From positions 4,800,001 to 4,864,000 of the forward strand of contig CAVUSO010000001.1 in assembly GCA_963744145.1 (NCBI GenBank): 64,000 nucleotides of DNA, in the 5' to 3' direction. Made by a program: the position numbers and the translations under genes. The stretch comes from an uncultured cyanobacterium (GTDB lineage: Bacteria > Cyanobacteriota > Cyanobacteriia > Cyanobacteriales > CAWUOF01). Shown in pieces: positions 20,401-30,769 of this stretch. A model generated the notes under the pieces. That model did no database searches and was not told the origin of the DNA. It saw only the letters and a program-made list of their open reading frames with translations. The stretch's first letter is position 1; the number at the start of each line of letters is the position of its first letter.

Positions 20401-23400
20401 ATCCCGGTAACGGGACTGAAACTTTATATTGTCGCAAAGGGGCAGGAAACTCCAGTCCGGGCTTTCTCAATACTGAATCCCGGTAACGGGACTGAAACGA
20501 GAAAATTTAGGAGCAAAAAATGAGATTAGAAGCCTTTCTCAATACTGAATCCCGGTAACGGGACTGAAACTTCAGATTTAGTAAACGACTGCTGAATAAG
20601 TCCCAACTTTCTCAATACTGAATCCCGGTAACGGGACTGAAACAATATAACCAGATCAGCAATGATCTGGTTTTTTAATCTTTCTCAATACTGAATCCCG
20701 GTAACGGGACTGAAACTATCTATATTATATAGTTACTAGGGATTCTCTGAAGTAACTTTCTCAATACTGAATCCCGGTAACGGGACTGAAACTTGCTGGG
20801 CTGATATTGTTTATCGTCAATGTACTGATTCTGCTTTCTCAATACTGAATCCCGGTAACGGGACTGAAACTAACAGAAATGATGCGATCGCACGCCCGCG
20901 AAATTTGCTTTCTCAATACTGAATCCCGGTAACGGGACTGAAACTGGTTTATACTTATGATCATAAACCACAAGAACGGATGCACTTTCTCAATACTGAA
21001 TCCCGGTAACGGGACTGAAACCACTAAATGAACAAGAGGGAATAGAATACTCACCCATCTTTCTCAATACTGAATCCCGGTAACGGGACTGAAACTTCTA
21101 CAATCTGGCTCGACACAACTTTGCTAAAGACTTTCACTACTTTCTCAATACTGAATCCCGGTAACGGGACTGAAACATATCTATAGACGGATATTCCCCA
21201 GACCATCTGGCTTGTCAACTTTCTCAATACTGAATCCCGGTAACGGGACTGAAACTTTATTAATTCATCTCTAAAAGATATAATCTCTAATCTTTCTCAA
21301 TACTGAATCCCGGTAACGGGACTGAAACGTTATTAAGTTCTTCTACATCTAGATCATGATATACATCTTTCTCAATACTGAATCCCGGTAACGGGACTGA
21401 AACTATACATCTATACCATCGATACTAGATATAGATGCTTTCTCAATACTGAATCCCGGTAACGGGACTGAAACAAGGTTAGTTATATAATATAGGTTCG
21501 AGTCCTATACTACTTTCTCAATACTGAATCCCGGTAACGGGACTGAAACTTTTTATATAGTTTGTATAGATTCACCAACAATGGATGCTTTCTCAATACT
21601 GAATCCCGGTAACGGGACTGAAACCGATTGAGTTTTTTGCCAGAAAAGATAAAAAGCTTTCTCAATACTGAATCCCGGTAACGGGACTGAAACATCCTTT
21701 TTAGTATCTATATTTTTACATAGGTAATCTTTCTCAATACTGAATCCCGGTAACGGGACTGAAACATTATATAAAAGTAAAAGATCCATTAGCGTGGACG
21801 CCTTTCTCAATACTGAATCCCGGTAACGGGACTGAAACTATTAACAACGTCAATAATAGAAATCCTTAACTACTTTCTCAATACTGAATCCCGGTAACGG
21901 GACTGAAACTTAGATGTTTTCTTATCCCTAGGCGGTATTCCCGCCACTTTCTCAATACTGAATCCCGGTAACGGGACTGAAACAATTATTTAGGAGACAG
22001 TTTATGAACCCCATTCCACTTTCTCAATACTGAATCCCGGTAACGGGACTGAAACTTGGACGGAAACATTCCCACTTCAATCGTTGAACTGAACTTTCTC
22101 AATACTGAATCCCGGTAACGGGACTGAAACGATTTTTGCCAGATTGGTCGGATCTTATCCGCCTCGCTTTCTCAATACTGAATCCCGGTAACGGGACTGA
22201 AACTTCCCAAGGAGTGGAAAACCGAGGAGCTGTAAAGCCAACTTTCTCAATACTGAATCCCGGTAACGGGACTGAAACTTTCGATTAATTCTGGATCATG
22301 TTCAGGAACTCGACTTTCTCAATACTGAATCCCGGTAACGGGACTGAAACACAGTGCCAAATGATGCTCCTAGCCACAATTCACCCACCTTTCTCAATAC
22401 TGAATCCCGGTAACGGGACTGAAACCCCCCAAAACCGGGGGATAGGATAGAATATTCATGTCCTTTCTCAATACTGAATCCCGGTAACGGGACTGAAACT
22501 TGAGAAAATAAATTCTTATCGGTTGATCAGAGAAGAACTTTCTCAATACTGAATCCCGGTAACGGGACTGAAACGACCCACAAAATTCGCTATTTTTGCG
22601 AAGGTTGCCACTTTCTCAATACTGAATCCCGGTAACGGGACTGAAACTCGTATGGCTTAAGTTGGCTAGATTCATTCCTTTCCAACTTTCTCAATACTGA
22701 ATCCCGGTAACGGGACTGAAACTCCAGGCCAATTGATTTTGCTAAATATTCCAAAGAAACATCTTTCTCAATACTGAATCCCGGTAACGGGACTGAAACC
22801 GGATTGTTGCACTACTGGCGCAGGTTGTGGTGGATGGCTTTCTCAATACTGAATCCCGGTAACGGGACTGAAACCAATGAAACGGCTCAATACTCTTTGG
22901 ATAAATTTACCGACTTTCTCAATACTGAATCCCGGTAACGGGACTGAAACTTGTGCGAGCGGTTTTGTTGGTAGTAGTCATTGTCTTTCTCAATACTGAA
23001 TCCCGGTAACGGGACTGAAACTATTTTTTTATAGTTCTTGTTTTAAGAGAAAATTGAGCTTTCTCAATACTGAATCCCGGTAACGGGACTGAAACTTACC
23101 AATCGGCGATCGCCCATCCGTACTCAAAGCAAGCTTTCTCAATACTGAATCCCGGTAACGGGACTGAAACATACACAGTAATCGTTACAGCGATTTTAAA
23201 AAAACTTTCCGACTTTCTCAATACTGAATCCCGGTAACGGGACTGAAACAACAGCAGAAGAATGTTGTCTTCTCATTAATGAAGCCGCTTTCTCAATACT
23301 GAATCCCGGTAACGGGACTGAAACTCGAACGATGTAACTATAGCCTTTTCGCTGTAAAAACTTTCTCAATACTGAATCCCGGTAACGGGACTGAAACGCA

Positions 23401-23631
23401 TCTTGGCTTAACGTTCTTGAAAACATTACTTCATCATTACTTCTTTCTCAATACTGAATCCCGGTAACGGGACTGAAACTATGCGTCTTTGTCGTCCAAA
23501 GACCACTGCTTACGGTCAGACTTTCTCAATACTGAATCCCGGTAACGGGACTGAAACTTCTTCCATCTACTCCATCTCCGTTAACTTTGCAGCACTTTCT
23601 CAATACTGAATCCCGGTAACGGGACTGAAAC
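11439..23631 (+). CRISPR. type I-D CRISPR array, repeat CTTTCTCAATACTGAATCCCGGTAACGGGACTGAAAC (37 nt), about 163 repeats / 162 spacers (manual count)
   Basis: Direct repeats with TCCCG-GTAA-CGGGA hairpin and GAAAC 3' end; spacers mostly 32-47 nt with outliers of 59 and 78 nt; no repeat variant seen by eye. Confidence 0.99.
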
Positions 23632-24062
23632 AAGGACCTGAATGGAAAATCATATTGGCGATCGTAAATGGTAACGAATTTATTTGGGAAGACGATTTTA
23701 ATACTATTGAAACCAATAAAATAATTTTGGATTCTGATGAAAAAGCAAGACAAAAAAGAAAAACCAACTAAGACTTTAATTGAAAAAAATCAATAAGAAA
23801 TAGAATTGAACGGACAAAAAATGCCAAAACTTTCTTCCCATCAATCAATTGTTTAGGGATAAACTGTATTGATATATTGGATGATCGTTATTCATGAAAA
23901 TAAGACTTTGCAATTTATCGTTACAAGTCATCACAATACGGTTCGTTTAAGGATATTTTGGGAGATATCGACGGAAGTTGGGTGAAGCAAGACACCCAAA
24001 TATGATTATTTGGGATTGAGCAAGCTCCAGTAAAAACTCGAACCTCATCAAGATCATTCTTA

Positions 24063-24099
24063 CTCCCCTTTCCTCTTAGGAGAGGGGTCGGGGGAGAGG
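24063..24099. repeat. cyanobacterial CTCCCC..AGAGGGG..GGGGGAGAGG dispersed palindromic repeat
   Basis: CTCCCCTTTCCTCTTAGGAGAGGGGTCGGGGGAGAGG. Confidence 0.5.
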
Positions 24100-24180
24100 T
24101 CAATCTTGACAATCGCTCAAATAACGACTATTACCAAAGACTATCCCAGAACCTCTTTAGTCAATATTGCTCAAATCTTA

Positions 24181-24232
24181 ATTACCCAAATATTAACTAA
24201 ATAGCCAACCAAAATTAACCCAATATTAACTT
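24181..24232 (+). promoter_or_regulatory. putative Pho box (SphR/PhoB binding site) upstream of the phosphonate operon
   Basis: ATTACCC (24181), ATTAACT (24192), ATTAACC (24214), ATTAACT (24225): offsets are multiples of 11 bp, resembling the cyanobacterial PyTTAAPyPy(T/A) consensus. Confidence 0.65.
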
Positions 24233-24297
24233 ATTTCATAAAGATTTCGTTCTACTGTCTTTTCTAAACATCTACATATAAATACAGGTGAGGAAGT

Positions 24298-25414
24298 ATG
24301 GTTAGAAAAAGCAGATGGTTTCGATTTTGCTGGGCAAGCAGCACTTTCCTGTATTTTAACAGTCGTAGTCAGTGCTTGTGTTGTCCAGAAACAAAATGGG
24401 CCAAATACAAGTGCGAGTGGAACACCAACAACTGCTCCTAGTAGTGCTGCTGCGGGAAGTGCTATTACAGTCTACACTGCTTTAGAAGATGACCAACTTG
24501 GTAAATACTTACCCTTATTTCAAAAAGTTCATCCAGAAATAAAAATTAACAAAGTTAGAGATTCTACCGGAGTAGTTACAGCGAAACTATTAGCAGAAAA
24601 AGAAAACCCTCAAGCAGATGTAGTTTGGGGACTAGCAGTTTCTAGTTTATTAGTTGCGGATCAACAAGGAATGTTAGAACCCTATGCTCCCCAAGGACTA
24701 GAAGCTGTTGGTGCTAAGTTTAAAGATGAACGTACTCCTCCCCATTGGGTAGGAATTGATGCGTGGATGTCTGCATTTTGTGTCAATACAAAAGAAATGC
24801 AAAAGAAAAATTTACCCATTCCCCAGTCTTGGGATGATCTAACCAAACCAGACTATAAAGGGATGATTGTAATGTCGAATCCAGCATCCTCTGGGACAGG
24901 TTTTCTCTCGGTTTCTGCACTTTTACAAATGAAGGGAGAAAAAGCAGGTTGGGATTACCTTGATGCGTTAGATAAAAATGTAGCTCAATATGTGCATTCA
25001 GGTTCCAAACCTTGCAAAATTGCTGGTTCAGGGGAATATCCCATTGGTATTTCTTTTGATTACCGAGCTGTAAAACAAAAGAATGATGGAGAACCCATTG
25101 AAGCAGTGTTCCCGAAAGAAGGATCAGGATGGGATATTGAAGCTAATGCTTTAGTGAAGAAAAGTACCATTAATCCAGCTGCAAAAACATTCTTAGATTG
25201 GGCGATTTCCCCAGAAATAACTAAATTATATGCCGAATCATATCCAGTAACTGCGTTGAAAAGCGGTGTACCAATTCCCAAAGGATATCCAGAAGATCCG
25301 GTGAAACAATTGAGCGAAAAGAATGATTTTAATTGGGCTGCTAAAAATCGTGAAGCAATTTTAACTGAGTGGACTAAACGCTACGACTCTAAGTCAGAAC
25401 CGAAGAAGAGTTAA
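24298..25414 (+). pseudogene. 2-aminoethylphosphonate-type ABC transporter substrate-binding lipoprotein with a +1 frameshift in the signal peptide
   Basis: GAGGAAG SD and ATG 24298 give [10 protein letters not shown]; the mature frame ([17 protein letters not shown] lipobox, [33 protein letters not shown]) is one base off and has no own start before 24671. Confidence 0.75.
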
Positions 25415-25434
25415 TCATCATATCGGAGTTTTCC

Positions 25435-26631
25435 ATGACTAATTCATCTGACGATCTGACAATTGAGCGGGATGAGCGATCGCACCAACCAACCCCAATT
25501 AAACCAGGTGCAGGAACACCACCAGCGATCGCACCCTTATCACCTAATGAAGGGGTTGAACCTTATCTCCAAATCGATAACATTCACAAAAACTTCGGTC
25601 AATTTGTCGCTCTTCGAGATATTTATCTTCATGTTTATCCGGGAGAATTTGTCTGTTTACTCGGTCCGAGCGGTTGTGGTAAAACTACCTTACTCCGAAT
25701 TATTGCTGGATTAGAACAGCAAAATACTGGTCGGATTATTCAAGGGGGAAAAGATATTTCTCGTCTACCCCCAGCAAAAAGAGATTTTGGAATTGTGTTC
25801 CAATCCTATGCGCTGTTTCCCAATTTAACCGCTGCGGAAAATATTGCTTATGGACTACAAAATGCCCAACTCCCTAAACCAGAGATTGAAACTAGAGTTA
25901 AGGAACTATTAGCGAAAGTAGGACTAGAGGGATTCGGTCCTAAATATCCTGCTCAAATGTCTGGTGGTCAACAACAAAGGATTGCTCTAGCTCGAGCTTT
26001 AGCTCTATCACCAGGACTATTGTTATTAGATGAACCCTTATCAGCTTTAGACGCAAAAGTTAGAGTCAAATTGAGAACTGAGATTACCAAACTCCAAAAA
26101 CAGTTAGGAGTCACTACTATTATGGTAACTCATGATCAAGCTGAAGCTCTAGCAATGGCTGATCGAATTGTAGTAATGGATCGGGGATATATTGCTCAAA
26201 TTGGTACACCGCGATCGGTTTACCAACACCCAAATACTCCTTTCGTCGCTAACTTTATTGGGGTGATGAATTTCATTCCTGGAGTAGTAGTTAGCGACGA
26301 AGAAGTACGATGTGGCAATATTTGCTTAAAAACTCCTCCCACCGATCTAACACCTGATACTAAGGTAAAAGTGGCAATTCGTCCTGAAGATATCAACGCT
26401 TTCAATTCAACTGACGACACCACCAATTTCCCTAATGTATTAACGACAGAAATAGAAGGAATTGAATTTCTTGGATCGGTTTATCAACTAGCTCTACGTC
26501 CAGATGGAGATGCAAAAGAACAGTTGATCTGTGAAGTGTCAATCCATGAAGCTCGTGATCTGGATTTAGCTCCCAACACTTCTTTAAAGATTCAATTACC
26601 AACCGAATTAATTCGCGTCTTCCCTGACTAA
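25435..26631 (+). CDS. aminophosphonate ABC transporter ATP-binding protein (PhnT-like)
   Basis: GPSGCGKT, MSGGQQQR, LLLLDEPLSALD; TOBE-like C-terminus; operon context. Confidence 0.9.
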   Translation: MTNSSDDLTIERDERSHQPTPIKPGAGTPPAIAPLSPNEGVEPYLQIDNIHKNFGQFVALRDIYLHVYPGEFVCLLGPSGCGKTTLLRIIAGLEQQNTGRIIQGGKDISRLPPAKRDFGIVFQSYALFPNLTAAENIAYGLQNAQLPKPEIETRVKELLAKVGLEGFGPKYPAQMSGGQQQRIALARALALSPGLLLLDEPLSALDAKVRVKLRTEITKLQKQLGVTTIMVTHDQAEALAMADRIVVMDRGYIAQIGTPRSVYQHPNTPFVANFIGVMNFIPGVVVSDEEVRCGNICLKTPPTDLTPDTKVKVAIRPEDINAFNSTDDTTNFPNVLTTEIEGIEFLGSVYQLALRPDGDAKEQLICEVSIHEARDLDLAPNTSLKIQLPTELIRVFPD

Positions 26632-26637
26632 ATTATT

Positions 26638-28404
26638 ATGACTCCATCAACCTCACCCCTAGTCCAACGGTTGTTTCCCAAAAAGATCAACCATGTCATC
26701 ACCCGTGAAGACTGGATTATGATCGCTTTGCTGGTTTTGGGAATGCTGTTTTTATTAGTGGGAATCGTTTTTCCCCTGTATCCAATTATTGTACGGAGTT
26801 TGCAAGATACCGATGGTAATTGGGTGGGATTGACGAATTATCAAAAATATCTCAGTACACCAGCTCTCACTACTTCCTTATTCAACACCTTTTTCATGTC
26901 AATTGTGACAGCGGTAATTTCAGTAGTCTTAGGTTTTATTTATGCTTATGCTCTTACTAGAACTGCAATGAGTGGTAAATTTGTCTTCCGATTACTGGGG
27001 ATTTTACCTTTATATATTCGTCCCATTGCTAATGCGATCGGACTGCAATATCTATTCGGGAATAAGGGTTTGGTGACTGAGGGACTTTTGGGAATCTTAC
27101 CAGGTTGGAATATTGGACTTTATGGACTACATGGAATTGTGATGGGTGAATTTCTCAACTGCTTTCCCCAAGCAGTAGTGATTTTAACCACAGCCTTAAG
27201 TCTAACTGATGCTAGACTTTATGAAGCAGCAGAATCTCTCCGAACTCATCCCCTCCGGACTTTTTTTACCATTACAATTCCTAGTGTAAAGTTTGGGTTA
27301 ATTAATACTATTTTCGTTTGTTTTATTGTTGCATTTACTGACTTTGGTGTACCTAAAGTAGTTGGGGGAGACTTTAATGTTTTAGCGATCGAAGTTTATA
27401 AGCAAGTAATTGGACAACAGAACTTTTCTATGGGAGCGACAATTAGTGTATTCCTCCTCTTACCAACAGTTTTTGCTTTTATTATCGATCGCATTCTCCA
27501 ACGTCGTCAAACTGCGCTAGTTAGTGCCAAATCAGTTCCCCTCCAACCAAAACCAAATCCGACTGTAGATTGGTTAATGTTTGTAGTTTGTTCTGTGATT
27601 GCTGGATTTGGTTTGATTGTATTCTTAACTGTGATCATGGCATCTTTTGTTAAAGTTTGGCCCTATGACTTCAGTTTAACTTTCAAACATTACGATTTTA
27701 GCACAGCTGGGGGTGGTGGATATGAAGCCTATTGGAACAGTATCCAAATGTCACTTTATACAGCAATTTTTGGCACGATCGCGGTTTTTGTAGGTGCTTA
27801 TTTAGTCGAAAAAGCCAAAGGTTTTCAATGGTTACGATTAATTAACTATTTCCTTTCCACTCTTCCGCTAGCTCTCCCAGGTCTAGTATTAGGGTTAGGA
27901 TATGTGTTCTTTTTCAATAAACCATTATGGCCAATTCCAGGTACAGATTTTTCCCTAGTTAATCCCTTTAATTGGATTTATAGCACCATGACAATCCTTG
28001 TGCTGTGTAATATTATTCACTTTTACACAGTCTCTTTTCTCACGGGGACAACTACTCTCAAACAAATTGATCCAGAATTTGAAGCAGTTTCTGCTTCCAT
28101 GAGAGTTCCCTTTTACAAAACTTTTTGGCGCGTTACTGTACCTTTATCTGTACCAGCAATTTTGGAAATTGGCATTTATTATTTTATTAATTCAATGGTG
28201 ACAATTTCCGCTTTAATCTTCATTTATCCACCTAGTATTCCTCTCGCTTCTGTTGCTATTATCAACATGGATGATGCGGGAGATGTTGCTCCAGCAGCAG
28301 CTATGTCTACTTTGGTAATTGCTACCAGTATTGGGGTGCGACTACTTTACTCATTTTTCACCAGAGGATTGTATCAACGCACTCAAGCATGGCTAAAACG
28401 TTAA
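26638..28404 (+). CDS. aminophosphonate ABC transporter fused double permease
   Basis: Two EAA-loop motifs (LYEAAESL, FEAVSASM), many TM segments, FTDFGVPKVVGG. Confidence 0.9.
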   Translation: MTPSTSPLVQRLFPKKINHVITREDWIMIALLVLGMLFLLVGIVFPLYPIIVRSLQDTDGNWVGLTNYQKYLSTPALTTSLFNTFFMSIVTAVISVVLGFIYAYALTRTAMSGKFVFRLLGILPLYIRPIANAIGLQYLFGNKGLVTEGLLGILPGWNIGLYGLHGIVMGEFLNCFPQAVVILTTALSLTDARLYEAAESLRTHPLRTFFTITIPSVKFGLINTIFVCFIVAFTDFGVPKVVGGDFNVLAIEVYKQVIGQQNFSMGATISVFLLLPTVFAFIIDRILQRRQTALVSAKSVPLQPKPNPTVDWLMFVVCSVIAGFGLIVFLTVIMASFVKVWPYDFSLTFKHYDFSTAGGGGYEAYWNSIQMSLYTAIFGTIAVFVGAYLVEKAKGFQWLRLINYFLSTLPLALPGLVLGLGYVFFFNKPLWPIPGTDFSLVNPFNWIYSTMTILVLCNIIHFYTVSFLTGTTTLKQIDPEFEAVSASMRVPFYKTFWRVTVPLSVPAILEIGIYYFINSMVTISALIFIYPPSIPLASVAIINMDDAGDVAPAAAMSTLVIATSIGVRLLYSFFTRGLYQRTQAWLKR

Positions 28405-28420
28405 TCAGGGAAGGTGTTCT

Positions 28421-29149
28421 ATGGTAATGATTAAATTAGTTGTTTTCGATATGGCTGGTACAACGGTTAAAGATGAACGAGAAGTAGAAAAATGTTTTTT
28501 TACTGCTGCGGAAAGGACTGATTTAACCGCTAGTTCTGAAAAAGTTGTAGCGATGATGGGATTACCGAAAAAAGTCGTGTTCCAAACCCTGTGGGATGAC
28601 CAAATTGGGAAAAATCATCCTAGTTATGCAACCAAGGTGGAAACTTCTTTTGCCGCATTTAAAGACATTTTAGAAAATCATTATCGCACCGAACCAATTA
28701 CACCAACGGAGGGTTGTTTAGAAATATTCACATGGTTAAAATCCCAGGGTATTAAAATTGCTCTGACTACAGGATTCTATCGACAAGTTACAGATATTAT
28801 CCTCGATCGCTTAGGTTGGAGTCAGGGATTAAATAGTGAATATATTGGTTCAGAACAGTCAATTATCCAAATGTCTGTGACACCTTCAGAGATTTTTAAA
28901 GAAGAGGGTCGTCCGGCACCTTACATGATTCAAAAAGCCATGTATAGTCTCGGAATTATTGACTCAAAAAACGTTGTCACGCTCGGCGATACCCCCTCCG
29001 ATCTCCAAGCTGGAATTAATGCAAATTGTCTTTATTCCTTTGGAATTACCAACGGTACTCATACCAAAGCCCAATTAACTCTACATCCTAATGATGGTTT
29101 ATTTAGTTGTTTGTCAGAATTTCAAACACATTTAGCTGGGTTGTTGTAA
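28421..29149 (+). CDS. phosphonatase (PhnX)-like HAD hydrolase
   Basis: VVFDMAGTTV motif I, MGLPK cap motif, GRPAPYMI, GDTPSDLQAG. Confidence 0.8.
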   Translation: MVMIKLVVFDMAGTTVKDEREVEKCFFTAAERTDLTASSEKVVAMMGLPKKVVFQTLWDDQIGKNHPSYATKVETSFAAFKDILENHYRTEPITPTEGCLEIFTWLKSQGIKIALTTGFYRQVTDIILDRLGWSQGLNSEYIGSEQSIIQMSVTPSEIFKEEGRPAPYMIQKAMYSLGIIDSKNVVTLGDTPSDLQAGINANCLYSFGITNGTHTKAQLTLHPNDGLFSCLSEFQTHLAGLL

Positions 29150-29155
29150 ACCACT

Positions 29156-30292
29156 ATGAGTCAAACATATCACTCGGAAGTTGCTATAGTTGGAGCCGGA
29201 ATTGTAGGTCTAGCTCATGCTTTAGCCGCAGCTAAAAAAGGAGCTAAAGTAACAGTATTCGATCGCCATCCGATCGCAATCGGTGCATCAATCCGCAATT
29301 TTGGTATGGTTTGGCCCATTGGTCAACCTACGGGAAAACTGCTCGATCGAGCTTTGCGATCGCGACAAATTTGGACTGAACTATCTGCTCAAGTCGGGTT
29401 TCATGCTGATCCCTGTGGTTCTTTACATCTAGTTTATAATCAAGATGAATTAGATGTCTTAGAAGAGTTTGTCGAAACTCGACAGGAACATCAATATGCG
29501 ATCGCTCTTCTCAAACCTGAGCAGGTAGCTGAAAAAAGTGCTGGAGCTGTAGTTCAGGGATTACTGGGAGCATTATGGAGTGGGACAGAAGTAATAGTTG
29601 ATCCTCGAGAAGCGATCGGCAAAATTCCTGATTTTTTACATCAAGAATATGGAGTGGAATTCCAGTTTAACACTGCGGTTACTCATATTTCCTATCCCAA
29701 CTTTATCGCTGGGGGAGAAAATTGGACTTGTGAGCGACTTTATGTATGTAGTGGAGCGGATTTTGAAACTCTTTATCCCAAAATTTATCAGGAAAGTGGG
29801 ATTACCAAAGTTAAATTGCAAATGCTCAGAACTAGACCTCAACCAAATTTTTGGAGATTAGGTCCTGCACTCTGTGCTGGTTTAACTCTTACCCATTATA
29901 CTGCATTTGCCCATTGTCAATCCCTAACTAAGTTAAAAACCAGAATTCAAACCGAAACTCCTTATTTTGTTGACTGGGGAATTCATGTTATGGTTTCCCA
30001 AAACAACACAGGAGAATTAACTATTGGTGATACCCATGAATATGGTTTAAATCTCGATCCTTTTGATCGAAATGATTTGAACCAATATATCCTCAATTAC
30101 TTTCAATCTTTTGCCAAAGTTCCTGCTCTAGAAATCGCTCAAACTTGGCACGGGATCTACGCCAAAATTCCTCAGAAAACTGAATTAGTAGTTCATCCAG
30201 AACCAGGAGTAACAATTATTAATGCTCTCGGAGGTGCAGGAATGACTCTATCCTTTGGTTTAGCTGAGGAAGTTATGACAATGGAGTCATAA
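29156..30292 (+). CDS. phosphonate-cluster FAD-dependent oxidoreductase (TIGR03364-like, DAO family)
   Basis: VGAGIVGLAHA, GASIRNFGMVWPIGQ, KLQMLRT, IGDTHEY, GGAGMTLSFGLAE. Confidence 0.85.
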   Translation: MSQTYHSEVAIVGAGIVGLAHALAAAKKGAKVTVFDRHPIAIGASIRNFGMVWPIGQPTGKLLDRALRSRQIWTELSAQVGFHADPCGSLHLVYNQDELDVLEEFVETRQEHQYAIALLKPEQVAEKSAGAVVQGLLGALWSGTEVIVDPREAIGKIPDFLHQEYGVEFQFNTAVTHISYPNFIAGGENWTCERLYVCSGADFETLYPKIYQESGITKVKLQMLRTRPQPNFWRLGPALCAGLTLTHYTAFAHCQSLTKLKTRIQTETPYFVDWGIHVMVSQNNTGELTIGDTHEYGLNLDPFDRNDLNQYILNYFQSFAKVPALEIAQTWHGIYAKIPQKTELVVHPEPGVTIINALGGAGMTLSFGLAEEVMTMES

Positions 30293-30295
30293 ATT

Positions 30296-30739
30296 ATGAG
30301 TTCACAAATTCGATTGAGAGTAAGTGTAGTGGGGTTATTTATAGACAACAATGAAGTATTACTTTTGCATCAAACTACTCCCCCAGAACCAAATTGTTGG
30401 GATTTACCAGGGGGAGGATTAGAACCTGGTGAAACTTTAATGAATGGACTCCAACGAGAAATTCAAGAAGAAACCGGGTTAACTCAGTTTCAGGTAGAAG
30501 GTTTACTCACAGTAATCGAAAGCTTTTTTCCCGAACCTGAGCAAAGGATGATGCACACTTTAAATCTGGTCTACAAATGTAAAATTACCCCCAAACCTTT
30601 AACCTTTACCACTAGCGATCCTGAAGTTGGTTCCCAAGGAATTCAATGGTTAGCGATCGCGACTCTCAATCGGGAAATTTGTTCAACTCGAACTTGGAAA
30701 GCTTTAATAGCTGCTGGATTAGTTGATGATTGTTTGTAA
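30296..30739 (+). CDS. NUDIX hydrolase
   Basis: Nudix box GGGLEPGETLMNGLQREIQEETGL; starts 3 nt after the oxidoreductase stop. Confidence 0.9.
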   Translation: MSSQIRLRVSVVGLFIDNNEVLLLHQTTPPEPNCWDLPGGGLEPGETLMNGLQREIQEETGLTQFQVEGLLTVIESFFPEPEQRMMHTLNLVYKCKITPKPLTFTTSDPEVGSQGIQWLAIATLNREICSTRTWKALIAAGLVDDCL

Positions 30740-30769
30740 TTAATTTTGCGATGCGGATGTGAGGAGATA

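Noticed and set aside
21491..21509. tRNA gene
   Set aside because: Only a T-arm inside a spacer with no cloverleaf; reported as a spacer finding instead.
21984..22018. Spacer with AGGAG and ATG suggesting translation from the array
   Set aside because: Most simply a captured gene start; no meaningful ORF follows.
23669..23713. Possible degenerate terminal repeat ending ATTGAAAC
   Set aside because: Only the last 6 nt match and the hairpin is absent.
12231..23753. Many 60-124 aa ORFs inside the CRISPR array (FSILNPGNGTET, FQSRYRDSVLRK, VSVPLPGFSIEK)
   Set aside because: Translations of the repeat in stop-free frames, not genes.
24671..25414. 247-aa binding protein as given in the ORF track
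   Set aside because: The protein-like frame extends about 120 codons upstream; the real start is 24298 with a frameshift.
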